A program made the translations under genes and the position numbers. The notes beneath the pieces are model-generated. The model was not told the DNA's origin and ran no database searches. It saw nothing but the letters and a program-made list of their open reading frames with translations. A stretch of 64,000 nucleotides of DNA from Bacteroidota bacterium (GTDB lineage Bacteria; Bacteroidota; Ignavibacteria; Kapaibacteriales; UBA961). The DNA lies in the NCBI GenBank assembly GCA_018266765.1, contig JAFDZU010000036.1, positions 22,240 through 86,239 on the forward strand, given 5' to 3'. This document shows, in pieces, positions 1-9,904 of this stretch (positions are counted from its first letter, which is position 1; the number at the start of each line of letters is the position of its first letter).

Positions 1-1005
1 CATTACAACATTACACGCATAACCGTTCTGAATATTGGTTATTGTATTTGGTTTTATGGATCCAAGGGCAGCGCTCAGAAATAATTCTGCAAAATCTCCT
101 TCAGTTATTGAAATTACTGCTTGTGTTTCTGGATCCCCAAATCTACAGTTAAATTCTACTACACTTGGTTCTCCATTATCTATCATTAAACCAACAAATA
201 AACATCCAATAAATGGAGCTCCTATTTTTCTCATTCCTGCCAATGTAGGTATAATAATTTGCTTTTTTATTTTTTCTAAAACAGAATCTGTTACAATTAA
301 TGCTGGAGCATATGCTCCCATTCCACCTGTGTTCTTACCTTTATCTCCATCTAAAGCTCGTTTATGGTCTTGTGCAGGTGCAAGAGTTATAAAATTTGTC
401 CCATCACATATAGCAAATACTGATACTTCTTCACCTTTAAGGAAATCTTCTATTACAACCTCTTCACCTGCTTTACCAAATGCTCCACCAAAAATTTCTA
501 CAACGGCATTGTGAGCTTGAATATTCGTTTCGGCTACGACTACACCTTTACCAGCCGCTAAACCATCAGCTTTAATAACAAGAGGTAGAGAATGGTGATT
601 TACGTATTCTAATGCTTGATCTTGTTCGTATGATTTGAATCGTTTAAAAGTTGCAGTTGGTATACCATTTAATTGCATAAATTCTTTTGCAAAACCTTTT
701 GATGTTTCTAGTCTTGCGGCATTTTTGGAAGGACCGAATACTACAATACCATTTTCTCTAAGCGTGTCAGATAAACCAGCTTCTAAAGGTTGTTCCGGGC
801 CGATAACAACTAAGTCAATGTGTTTCTGTTTACAAAAATTAACTATAGAATTATGGTCGGATATTGAAATATCAGCATATTCAGCAAACTGAAATATTCC
901 GGGATTGCCAGGTGCTACATAAAATTTTTTTATGTTTAGAGAACGCGAAACTGCTAGAGCTAATGCATGCTCACGACCACCTGAACCAACAAGTAAAATA
1001 TTCAT
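1..1005 (-). CDS. purD: phosphoribosylamine--glycine ligase (GAR synthetase), C-terminus cut off by window edge
   Basis: Absent from the ORF track because it runs off the window. Reverse translation from CAT at 1003-1005 reads MNILLVGSGGREHALALAVSRS..FYVAPGNPG, and further in ..DNGEPSVVEFNCRFGDPETQAV. Both are classic PurD motifs. The + strand ORFs 35-514 and 635-892 are antisense shadows. Confidence 0.9.
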   Translation of the reverse strand, partial: MNILLVGSGGREHALALAVSRSLNIKKFYVAPGNPGIFQFAEYADISISDHNSIVNFCKQKHIDLVVIGPEQPLEAGLSDTLRENGIVVFGPSKNAARLETSKGFAKEFMQLNGIPTATFKRFKSYEQDQALEYVNHHSLPLVIKADGLAAGKGVVVAETNIQAHNAVVEIFGGAFGKAGEEVVIEDFLKGEEVSVFAICDGTNFITLAPAQDHKRALDGDKGKNTGGMGAYAPALIVTDSVLEKIKKQIIIPTLAGMRKIGAPFIGCLFVGLMIDNGEPSVVEFNCRFGDPETQAVISITEGDFAELFLSAALGSIKPNTITNIQNGYACNVVM

Positions 1006-1009
1006 GGAT

Positions 1010-1864
1010 TTAGAAATTAATTTGAAAGTTTGATTGTCCAATAAATTCTGCGGATCCCTCCAACCACACCAATGCTATTTCCGGCTCATATCCAACCGTA
1101 AGAGGGATTTTGCTCGTTGGAATTATAGTTACTGGTGAATAAGCTAAATTATTTGTAATCGCAGAAATTGCGGTAGAAATTGCTCCTGTACCACACGCTC
1201 CTGTTTCGGCCTCAACTCCACGTTCAAAAGTTCGAAGTTGAATGATGTTATTTTCAATCTGAAATATATTAATATTTGCTCCAAAAGGTGCAAATTCGGG
1301 ATGATTCCGAAATGAAGGTGCAAACAATTCAAGATTAAAATTATCAAACGGAAGCTCATAGCAAATTTGTTTGTAATTTATTACAAAATGCTGTGCACCA
1401 ACATCAATGTAGTCACCTGTAACTGATGTAACATTATTTGTTACAGTAACATTTAACTTTTTTTCTTTCGGCATTGGAAAATAAACACAAATTTCATGAT
1501 TGTCATATATTGCTTTGTAATTTGAACCTGCCATTGTAAAAGTTATATACGATATAGAAAATTTATTGTCAGAGTCAATTAACTCCAAAGCATATCGAAC
1601 TGCACAACGACCACCATTTCCACACATTGCCCCAAAAGAACCATCAGGATTATAAAAATTTGCATCGAAATGCAAATTTACAGAATCTGATTGTGTGGTT
1701 AAGTAAATATTCTTTATAATAATTAATCCTTCTGTTTTAATTTCTCCGCTGCAGAGTCTTAATGAGTTTTGTTTCCAATCTTTATTAGATAATGATAAAT
1801 TTCTTCCATCTATAACAGTAAATAAATTACCAGCTCCAGACATGTATGTTACTGTAATATTCAT
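1010..1864 (-). CDS. dapF: diaminopimelate epimerase
   Basis: 284 aa. Two catalytic Cys motifs are present: FYNPDGSFGAMCGNGGRC and ETGACGTGAIS. Overlaps the upstream gene by 4 nt. Confidence 0.9.
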   Translation of the reverse strand: MNITVTYMSGAGNLFTVIDGRNLSLSNKDWKQNSLRLCSGEIKTEGLIIIKNIYLTTQSDSVNLHFDANFYNPDGSFGAMCGNGGRCAVRYALELIDSDNKFSISYITFTMAGSNYKAIYDNHEICVYFPMPKEKKLNVTVTNNVTSVTGDYIDVGAQHFVINYKQICYELPFDNFNLELFAPSFRNHPEFAPFGANINIFQIENNIIQLRTFERGVEAETGACGTGAISTAISAITNNLAYSPVTIIPTSKIPLTVGYEPEIALVWLEGSAEFIGQSNFQINF

Positions 1865-2649
1865 CGAAATACCTCAATTATTTCACCGTGTATTAAAGCG
1901 TTAGTAGCAACAATTGATTTATCGGTTATTGAATACGATTCACCAGAATATTGAGTTACTTTTCCACCAGCTTCTTTTATAATTAAAACTCCAGCGGCAA
2001 CATCCCAAGGACTTAATCCGGCCTCCCAAAACCCATCAAATCTTCCTGCGGCTACATAGGCAAGGTCTAGTGCTGCAGAGCCAAGCCGACGAATTGGTAT
2101 CCCCAATTTAAGAAATCTGTAAAATATATCAATAAATTCTGATGGATTCGCAGAAATATTGTAAGGAAAACCAGTTACGAGAAAACTTTCACTTAATTTA
2201 GGAGCAGATGATACATGTAGTTGTTTGCCGTTTAGCCATGCTCCTTTTCCTTTTTCCGCCACAAATATCTCATTAAGCATTGGATGATAAACGACTCCAC
2301 AAGTTAATTCACCATTTACTTCTGCTGCTATACTTACAGCAAAAATAGGAATCGAATGAGCGAAATTGACAGTTCCATCCAATGGGTCTATTATCCATCG
2401 GGTGGATGAATTTGAAAGTACAATATTGCCTGATTCACCACTTTCTTCTGCCAAAAATATATGATTAGGATAATGTTCCTTTATATGATTAATAATAGAT
2501 TTTTCACATTTGATATCAAATTCAGTCACTAAGTCATGTCGCTCTTTTTTTGAGGAAATCATAAAAGTCGTCCCAAATCCATCGCGGAGAATTTTACCAG
2601 CTAAAAGTGCCGCTTCAATAGCTGTAGTACAAAGTTGTGAAAAGAACAT
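1861..2649 (-). CDS. inositol monophosphatase family protein (SuhB-like)
   Basis: 262 aa with IMPase motifs WIIDPLDGTVNFAH and WDVAAG. Confidence 0.85.
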   Translation of the reverse strand: MFFSQLCTTAIEAALLAGKILRDGFGTTFMISSKKERHDLVTEFDIKCEKSIINHIKEHYPNHIFLAEESGESGNIVLSNSSTRWIIDPLDGTVNFAHSIPIFAVSIAAEVNGELTCGVVYHPMLNEIFVAEKGKGAWLNGKQLHVSSAPKLSESFLVTGFPYNISANPSEFIDIFYRFLKLGIPIRRLGSAALDLAYVAAGRFDGFWEAGLSPWDVAAGVLIIKEAGGKVTQYSGESYSITDKSIVATNALIHGEIIEVFR

Positions 2650-3079
2650 GATAGTTGCAAGTATCTTATAATTAATGAAATGTAGTAATTAAAAACTTTG
2701 AATCATGGGAACAAACTGTTACATGAATCAAGCAAATTTATACCTTGAAATCGAAAATAATGTTCACATAAAATACTAAAATCTAAGCACAAAGTAAAGA
2801 TAGTATTCAAAATTATTGTTCAATTCTATTTTCAATATACACCTAAAAAAAATATGATTATTATTACGTTTCAGATAGTAAATCATTGGTAACCGAACAT
2901 GCTTTTTTTTGTCAACAATAAAGTGTATTTTGCATAAGAAATGGAAAATGAGTGTACCAAAGTTGTTAAAATCATACTCTAATACTCTTTGTACCGTTGG
3001 AAACACAACTTTTTTGTTGTAAATTTACACTTCATTTTACGTTATAGTTCAAAACTTATTCATTTTTTTGGGATTTTCC

Positions 3080-5029
3080 ATGAAAAATATTTTTTCTGGT
3101 TTTCTACTTTCAGCTTTTATTCTCATTGTATTGTCCGGTTGTGGACGTAAAGCGGTAGATCAAGCCGCTGATAAAAAAGGACCAAGTTATAACACCAAAC
3201 TTTGGAAAAAATTTGATAATATCCCACCTGGAGCAGACCCAAGTGTACCCGATTCATTAGGAGGAAACGGATTTGAGAAAATAGCAGATAAAATGGGATT
3301 TGTAACTTATACTCCCAAAGAAGAAGAGTTAAAATATTTTGGAGATTCTCGTGCTACCAAAGGTGGTAAAGTTACTACTATTATCAGTCGTTTTCCGTTC
3401 AATTTCCTTCCTTTTGGTAGAAATTCTCATTTAACTGAGAATCAAATAATCTGTGGTTTTGTTTATGAAACACTTCTCGGTTCACATCCAATAACACGTG
3501 ACTATGTACCTTCACTTGCAACTCATTGGAAAATTTCTCCTGATAAACTTACATATACATTCCGTCTTGACCCTCGTGCTCGTTTTTCAGACGGAACTCC
3601 ACTCACCACAAAAGACGTAGTTGCTACCTTTAAACTTATGATGGATGAAACAATATTAGACCCATCCCAACAATTGACATTTGGCAAATTTGAAGCACCG
3701 AATCCTCTTAGTAAATATATTTTTGAAGTTAAGTGCAAAGAACTTAATTTCAGAAATTTACTTTATTATTCAGGCACTTTTATTCTTCCTGAACATATTA
3801 TCGGAAAAATGACAGGAACTGAATTTATTGACAAGTGTCAGTTTTCAATGCCAACAGGAACCGGTCCTTATATTTTATTAGATAACGATATTAAAAAAGG
3901 ACAGCAATACTCACTTACACGTCGAGACGATTATTGGGCTAAAAATGACCCAATGAGCAAAAATGTAGCAAATTTCGACAGAATTCAATTTGACGTTGTT
4001 GAAGACCAAACAAATCTTGAATATGAAAAATTCAAGAAAGGAGATCAAGACTTCTTCTTATTTACTTCGTTAACTACAGAAAAGTGGCTTAAAGACAAGT
4101 ACGATGCAGTAGATAAAGGATGGATACAAAAACGACGTGTCTTTACAGATGCACCGTTTGGAAATTCAGGTATAGCTTTTAATATGCGAAAACCACCATT
4201 TAACGATATTCGTGTTCGGAAAGCATTCGCAAATCTCTTTAACCGTGAGTCAATCATTAGTAATTTATTGTTTGATGAGTATCAACCTACCGATTCTCAT
4301 CATGATAATTCTCCGTATGCAAATCCTGAAAGCCCTGTTGTTAGATTTAACCCTGAACTTGCTTCTTCCCTGTTAAAAGAAGCAGGTTGGACAAGTAAAA
4401 ATGCAGACGGAATTTTAATGAAAAATGGAAAACCTTTTACACTTGAATTTGGTATTCCAAAACAAGTTGAAAAGTTTGTTTTAATTTATCAACAAGATTT
4501 GAGATCTGCCGGAATTGACCTTCAGTTAAAAGTGCAAGATGGTAATACTCTTTTCAAAAATGCGATGGCACGTAATTTTACTATATGGTGGCAAAACTGG
4601 ACCGGACTTTTGATTCCAAATCCTGAAACATCATATTTATCGGCACTTGCTGATAAAGAAGATAATAATAATATTCCAGGATTTAAAAATCCACGAGTTG
4701 ATGCGTTGTGTAAACAGTATGACACTACTTTTTCTCGTAAAGAACAAATCAAAATTATACAAGAAATTGATAAAATCGTAGGAGAAACATATCCAGATGC
4801 TTTGGCTTGGTATCCAAAAGGAATTCGGATTGCCTATTGGAATAAATTCGGAATGCCTGAATATGTATTGGGTCGTACTACTCAATTTGGATATTTGGAT
4901 GCGACTATATTTAGTTTGTGGTGGTATGATGCAGAAAAAGCAAAAGCATTAGACGATGCAAAAAAATCTGGAGCATCGCTTCCAATTGGTGAAATACCTG
5001 TAATGTATTGGAAGAATTTTAAGGATTAG
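3080..5029 (+). CDS. ABC transporter substrate-binding lipoprotein, family 5 (peptide/nickel, YejA/OppA-like)
   Basis: Long SBP_bac_5-like protein. I prefer the ATG at 3080 over the TTG at 3068, giving MKNIFSGFLLSAFILIVLSGC with an LSGC lipobox. Followed by two permeases and two ATPases. Confidence 0.8.
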   Translation: MKNIFSGFLLSAFILIVLSGCGRKAVDQAADKKGPSYNTKLWKKFDNIPPGADPSVPDSLGGNGFEKIADKMGFVTYTPKEEELKYFGDSRATKGGKVTTIISRFPFNFLPFGRNSHLTENQIICGFVYETLLGSHPITRDYVPSLATHWKISPDKLTYTFRLDPRARFSDGTPLTTKDVVATFKLMMDETILDPSQQLTFGKFEAPNPLSKYIFEVKCKELNFRNLLYYSGTFILPEHIIGKMTGTEFIDKCQFSMPTGTGPYILLDNDIKKGQQYSLTRRDDYWAKNDPMSKNVANFDRIQFDVVEDQTNLEYEKFKKGDQDFFLFTSLTTEKWLKDKYDAVDKGWIQKRRVFTDAPFGNSGIAFNMRKPPFNDIRVRKAFANLFNRESIISNLLFDEYQPTDSHHDNSPYANPESPVVRFNPELASSLLKEAGWTSKNADGILMKNGKPFTLEFGIPKQVEKFVLIYQQDLRSAGIDLQLKVQDGNTLFKNAMARNFTIWWQNWTGLLIPNPETSYLSALADKEDNNNIPGFKNPRVDALCKQYDTTFSRKEQIKIIQEIDKIVGETYPDALAWYPKGIRIAYWNKFGMPEYVLGRTTQFGYLDATIFSLWWYDAEKAKALDDAKKSGASLPIGEIPVMYWKNFKD

Positions 5030-5041
5030 TAAGTCTTATTA

Positions 5042-5080
5042 TTAGGCGGTATTTTTATAAAACATACTGCCTAATTTTTT
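5042..5080 (+). terminator. intrinsic terminator/attenuator between the SBP gene and the permease genes
   Basis: 11-bp stem TTAGGCGGTAT / ATACTGCCTAA followed by TTTTTT. Confidence 0.6.
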
Positions 5081-5114
5081 ATTTAAAAGTGTACAACAAC
5101 AATTATTAATAATT

Positions 5115-6359
5115 ATGGCTGTTTATATATTACGACGATTACTTCTTGCAATTCCAACATTTCTTGGGTGTACATTAGTTGTGTTTTTTATTGTTCAATT
5201 AGCTCCGGGTGGACCACTTGAAGAAGAAATTCGTGCACTGAAAATGGGTGGTGGTGGCGAAGGAGGAGCAATTACACAGCAAGCCGGAAGTGTAACTGCT
5301 TTGCCTCAGGATGCAATGGATGTTTTGAAAGAATATTATGGATTTGACGAACCATTATTTCTTCGATACCCTATTTGGTTGGGAATTTATCCTCGAAAAG
5401 TAGATAGATTTATTATTCAATTAGGAGAAGCTCGTAATATTGGTGACGGAAAATCTGTTGTAGTTCAACAAAAAGGCACTGAATATGAAATATTTGATGC
5501 TGAAAATCCTAATCAAGCATTAAGTGGTTGGAAAGTTCGTAATTACAAAAATGATAAAGGTGAACAGAAACTACAAATTTATAAAGAAAAATTTAGTGGA
5601 ATTTTAACTTTAAATTTTGGTAAATCTCATAAATATAATGAACCTGTTCTAAACTTAATTCAGAGTAGATTACCTGTTTCTATACAGTTTGGAATTATTT
5701 CTGTTATTCTAACCTATACATTCTGTGTTTATTTAGGAATTCAAAAAGCTATCAGACATGGTTCTCCTTTTGATTTTGTGTCAAGTGCTATAGTATTTGT
5801 TGGGTATTCAATACCCGGATGGGCTTTGGGAGCTGTTTTATTAGTTGCATTAGGAGGTGGATCCGGAATCGGTTGGTTACCATTGGGAGGTTTTCAATCA
5901 CAAGATTACGATTCTCTCTTATTGTTTTCTAAAATTGCTGACCGAGCATATTATTTTATTCTGCCAACAATTGCTTTTTGTATTGGTGCTTTTGCTACTA
6001 TAACAATGCTAATGAAAAATTCCTTATTGGATAATTTGAGTCAAGATTATATAAGAACAGCATTTGCAAAAGGTCTAAAAGAGCGGAGAGTAATTTGGGT
6101 TCATGCAATGAGAAATTCAATAATTCCTGTTGCAGCTAACTTTGGTCATCTTATAGGAATATTTCTTGCCGGTTCGTATTTGATAGAAAGAGTTTTTAAT
6201 ATTCAAGGAATCGGTAAATTATCCTTTGAAGCAGCTCTTTCAAGAGATTATTCAATTTTGTTTACGTTTACTGTTATTTATACAGTACTAAGCTTAATTG
6301 GTTCTCTTTTATCGGATGTGATTTTAGCAACAGTTGATCCTCGTATTAGATTTAAGTAA
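5115..6359 (+). CDS. ABC transporter permease (DppB/OppB/YejB-like)
   Basis: 414 aa, multi-TM, with a BPD_transp_1-type C-terminal half (..YIRTAFAKGLKERRV..). A long periplasmic insertion after TM1 resembles YejB-type permeases. Confidence 0.85.
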   Translation: MAVYILRRLLLAIPTFLGCTLVVFFIVQLAPGGPLEEEIRALKMGGGGEGGAITQQAGSVTALPQDAMDVLKEYYGFDEPLFLRYPIWLGIYPRKVDRFIIQLGEARNIGDGKSVVVQQKGTEYEIFDAENPNQALSGWKVRNYKNDKGEQKLQIYKEKFSGILTLNFGKSHKYNEPVLNLIQSRLPVSIQFGIISVILTYTFCVYLGIQKAIRHGSPFDFVSSAIVFVGYSIPGWALGAVLLVALGGGSGIGWLPLGGFQSQDYDSLLLFSKIADRAYYFILPTIAFCIGAFATITMLMKNSLLDNLSQDYIRTAFAKGLKERRVIWVHAMRNSIIPVAANFGHLIGIFLAGSYLIERVFNIQGIGKLSFEAALSRDYSILFTFTVIYTVLSLIGSLLSDVILATVDPRIRFK

Positions 6360-6391
6360 TTATTATTGAACAAACTTACTCCTTACTTCAT

Positions 6392-7543
6392 ATGTTTTCA
6401 AAAAAATCTAAAGTAAACACTGTCGAAGAGAAAATCCCTACAATAATGCAGAGACGTTGGCGAAAATTCAAAAGTATGAAAAGGGGATACAATTCATTTC
6501 GAATACTAACAATGGCATATATATTGTCGTTTTGTCTACCCATACTCGTTAATAATCAAGCACTTATGGTAAGCCATAATGGAGAATGGTCTTTTCCTGC
6601 ATTTCGTACATTTGTTGCAGAATTACCAATCCTCAATACTATTATTCCTAACAAAACTTACCAAGGAATTATCTTCGGTCAAGAAAATAATACAAGCGAA
6701 TGTAAATATAGAGAATTACAAACTCAATATGGAAATGAAAATAAAGGTGATTTTGTGATAATGCCATTATATCCATATGGACCACGAGAGATTGTGAGTG
6801 GAAATGGAGAAAGGGGAGATGTTTTTTTAAAACCATTCTACAGAACTTCAGATGGTGGATTCAGACTATTTGGAACAGATGATTCCGGTGGAGATGTATT
6901 CTCAAAAATAGCATATGGATTTAATATATCAATTTCTTTTGCACTTTTACTGTCTATAATAGAATATCTAATCGGCGTTCCTCTCGGTGGAGCTCTGGGA
7001 TATTTAGGTGGTAAATTTGATCTTATAATGCAAAGAATTATAGAAATTTGGGCATCATTACCAGTTTTATTCTTAATTATCATAGTAGTTTCAATGGCAA
7101 CTCCGAGTTTTGGATTATTGCTATTTCTCCTTTCTATTGTTAGTTGGGTAGGGATTACAACATATGTTCGAGCAGAATTTTATAGAGAAAAAGCTAAAGA
7201 TTACGTTGCTGCAGCAGTATCAATTGGGATTCCAACGTGGAAAATAATGCTTAAACATATCCTTCCAAATTCATTAGTACCTCTCATAACATTTTTCCCT
7301 TTTACTCTTATTGGTGGTATAAGTTCATTGGTTAGTTTAGATTTTTTAGGATTTGGTTTACCTCCGGGAACTCCAAGTTGGGGAAGTATGATTTCAGTTG
7401 GACTTGACCATATAAATGATGGATATTGGTGGATAACAGTTGTTCCGTTAACTGCGATGTTTTTTACATTGATGCTTACTGTATTTATTGGTGAAGCAAT
7501 CAGAGAAGCATTCGACCCAAAAGTATTCTCAAGATTGAGATAA
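6392..7543 (+). CDS. ABC transporter permease (DppC/OppC/YejE-like)
   Basis: 383 aa, multi-TM, with the EAA-loop region ..REKAKDYVAAAVSIGIPTWKIMLKHILPN... Confidence 0.85.
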   Translation: MFSKKSKVNTVEEKIPTIMQRRWRKFKSMKRGYNSFRILTMAYILSFCLPILVNNQALMVSHNGEWSFPAFRTFVAELPILNTIIPNKTYQGIIFGQENNTSECKYRELQTQYGNENKGDFVIMPLYPYGPREIVSGNGERGDVFLKPFYRTSDGGFRLFGTDDSGGDVFSKIAYGFNISISFALLLSIIEYLIGVPLGGALGYLGGKFDLIMQRIIEIWASLPVLFLIIIVVSMATPSFGLLLFLLSIVSWVGITTYVRAEFYREKAKDYVAAAVSIGIPTWKIMLKHILPNSLVPLITFFPFTLIGGISSLVSLDFLGFGLPPGTPSWGSMISVGLDHINDGYWWITVVPLTAMFFTLMLTVFIGEAIREAFDPKVFSRLR

Positions 7544-7640
7544 TTCTTTTGAATACAAGTGATGATTTTTTAATGACATATTTCTTGAAAACTATATTTA
7601 ATTCTCTAAATATGAGAATCAATACAAAAGGAAAATTAGA

Positions 7641-8654
7641 GTGACACAAGAAAAACTATTTGAGATTAAAAACCTAAGAACATATTTTGATATTGAAGGA
7701 AAAATGGCTAAAGCTGTTGATGGTGTTTCTTTTGATATTTATAAAGGTGAAGTACTAGGATTAGTTGGGGAATCCGGTTCTGGTAAGTCGGTTACAGCAC
7801 TTTCTCTGATGAAGTTGATTCCTGATCCTCCCGGAAAAATTGTGGATGGTGAAATATTATATAAAGGACGTGACCTTCTCAAGCTTAGCTATGAAGAAAT
7901 GTATGAAGTTCGCGGTTATGACCTAGCGATGATATTTCAAGAACCAATGACTTCGCTTAATCCTGTGTTTAAAATTGGAATGCAAATTGGCGAAGTTTTA
8001 ATGGCACATGAAAAATTATCAAAAGAAGATGCACGGACTCGGTCAATTGAAATGTTACGCCTTGTTGGTATTCCTGCCCCAGAAAAACGTATTGATGACT
8101 ATCCCCATCAGTTTTCCGGTGGAATGCGTCAGCGAGTAATGATTGCAATTGCTCTAGCATGCAATCCTGCTCTTCTTATTGCTGACGAACCAACTACTGC
8201 GCTCGATGTTACAATTCAAGCTCAGATACTTGATCTCATGTTAACATTAAAAGAAAAAAGAAAAGAAGCAGCCATTTTACTAATAACGCATGATTTAGCA
8301 GTTATCGCTGAGCTTTGCCAACGAGTTATAGTACTCTATGGTGGAAAAATACAAGAAATTGCTTCTGTATATGAATTATTCGACAGACCATTGCATCCTT
8401 ATACGAGAGGATTGATTAAATCAATCCCTCATTCTCATAAACCGGGAGTGAAACACGAAAGATTAGAAGCAATTCCCGGTAATGTACCAAGTATTTTAAA
8501 TTTTCCGGTAGGATGTAAATTCTGTACCCGTTGTACAGAAAAAATTGATATATGTGATACAATCGAACCACCACTTGTGGAGATTTCTCCTGAGCATTTT
8601 GTTCGTTGTCATTTAGTTCAACCTGAAATGACAGGAGGTCAAATCCATGAGTAA
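7641..8654 (+). CDS. ABC transporter ATP-binding protein (OppD/DppD-like)
   Basis: GTG start. Walker A GESGSGKS, signature FSGGMRQR, Walker B LLIADEPTTALD, and an oligopeptide-type C-terminal Cys-rich tail. Confidence 0.9.
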   Translation: MTQEKLFEIKNLRTYFDIEGKMAKAVDGVSFDIYKGEVLGLVGESGSGKSVTALSLMKLIPDPPGKIVDGEILYKGRDLLKLSYEEMYEVRGYDLAMIFQEPMTSLNPVFKIGMQIGEVLMAHEKLSKEDARTRSIEMLRLVGIPAPEKRIDDYPHQFSGGMRQRVMIAIALACNPALLIADEPTTALDVTIQAQILDLMLTLKEKRKEAAILLITHDLAVIAELCQRVIVLYGGKIQEIASVYELFDRPLHPYTRGLIKSIPHSHKPGVKHERLEAIPGNVPSILNFPVGCKFCTRCTEKIDICDTIEPPLVEISPEHFVRCHLVQPEMTGGQIHE

Positions 8655-9672
8655 TTCAACTAATAATAATAATGATATACTTCTTGAAGTAAAAAATTTG
8701 AAAGTGTATTTCCCTGTTCATGGTGGACTACTACAACGAAAAGTAGCTGAAGTTAAAGCAGTAGATAATATTAGCTTCAATATTTATCGTGGAGAAACAT
8801 TAGGACTTGTTGGAGAATCCGGCTGTGGAAAAACAACGGTTGGACGTGCTATTATAAATATTTTACGACATGTTTCGCCCGACGTTTATGTAGATGGAAG
8901 TATCGTTTATCATGAAAAAGACGGAAAACAAACTGACCTTGTTCATTTATCTACAAAAGATATGCGTCAGTATCGTTCAAAAATTCAAATGATATTCCAA
9001 GATCCTTATTCTTCACTAAATTCTCGGCTTTCAGTCAGACAAATAGTTTCAGAACCAATCGAACTTCACAAACCAGAACTTTCAAAAAATGAAATTAGTG
9101 ATCAAGTTATATGGCTTCTTCAAAAAGTTGGTCTTCAACCCGAATATGCCGCACGATTTCCACATGAATTTTCCGGAGGTCAAAGGCAAAGGATTGGAAT
9201 TGCACGTGCGCTTGCAACTAATCCTGACTTGATAATTTGTGATGAACCTGTCTCAGCACTTGATGTATCTGTTCAAGCACAAGTGATTAACTTAATGGAT
9301 GATTTACGAGCAGAGTTTGGAATTTCGTACTTGTTTATTGCTCATGATTTATCGGTTGTTCATCATATTTCAAATAGAATTGCGGTTATGTATTTGGGTA
9401 ATATGGTTGAAATCGGAGAAGCTGACCAAGTGTTTTTTGCTCCAAGGCATCCTTATTCTGAAGCTTTACTTTCTGCTGTTCCTCAACCCGACCCTCGCCG
9501 TAAAGATAAGCAACGTATTGTATTAGAAGGAGATATTCCTAACCCTCTCAATAAACCGAGTGGGTGTAGTTTCCGAACTCGATGTCCGATTGCAAAACCT
9601 CAATGTGCAAATTCAGCTCCGTTAATGCAAGATAAAGGTTCCGGACAATTGGTCGCATGTCCGTATGTATGA
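8647..9672 (+). CDS. ABC transporter ATP-binding protein (OppF/DppF-like)
   Basis: Walker A GESGCGKTT, signature FSGGQRQR, Walker B LIICDEPVSALD. Overlaps the previous gene by 8 nt. Confidence 0.9.
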   Translation: MSNSTNNNNDILLEVKNLKVYFPVHGGLLQRKVAEVKAVDNISFNIYRGETLGLVGESGCGKTTVGRAIINILRHVSPDVYVDGSIVYHEKDGKQTDLVHLSTKDMRQYRSKIQMIFQDPYSSLNSRLSVRQIVSEPIELHKPELSKNEISDQVIWLLQKVGLQPEYAARFPHEFSGGQRQRIGIARALATNPDLIICDEPVSALDVSVQAQVINLMDDLRAEFGISYLFIAHDLSVVHHISNRIAVMYLGNMVEIGEADQVFFAPRHPYSEALLSAVPQPDPRRKDKQRIVLEGDIPNPLNKPSGCSFRTRCPIAKPQCANSAPLMQDKGSGQLVACPYV

Positions 9673-9710
9673 TGTAAATAATTACAGCAATGAAAATAAA
9701 AACTATACAA

Positions 9711-9740
9711 AAAGGCGTTCAATTGAACGCCTTTTCTTTT
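9711..9740 (+). terminator. intrinsic terminator of the ABC transporter operon
   Basis: AAAGGCGTTC-AATT-GAACGCCTTT hairpin followed by TCTTTT. Confidence 0.75.
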
Positions 9741-9904
9741 ATAATCATAACTTTAAGAATCTTCCAAAGTTTTAAATAAAGTGTGGCTCAATAGCCACAT
9801 ATATATAAAATTAATAACACAAGATATAAGAAAATATTTGAAGTATGGTTTGTAAGAAGTACTTAATTCTACAAAATCATTTTTTATCACTTTAATAATA
9901 AACA

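Noticed and set aside
35-892. Two + strand ORFs (159 aa and 85 aa) at the start of the window
   Set aside because: They are antisense to a clear purD reading frame on the minus strand, with PurD motifs throughout 1-1005. Their sequences are low-complexity and have no motifs.
2776-3006. 76-aa minus-strand ORF in the 418-nt divergent intergenic region between the IMPase-family gene and the ABC transporter
   Set aside because: It is an AT-rich region with Phe/Asn/Lys/Ile-biased composition, no ribosome-binding site and no motif. It is most likely promoter DNA.
9782-9799. Hairpin TGTGGCT-CAAT-AGCCACA downstream of the ABC operon terminator
   Set aside because: It has no T tract and no conserved context. 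The real terminator is at 9711-9740.
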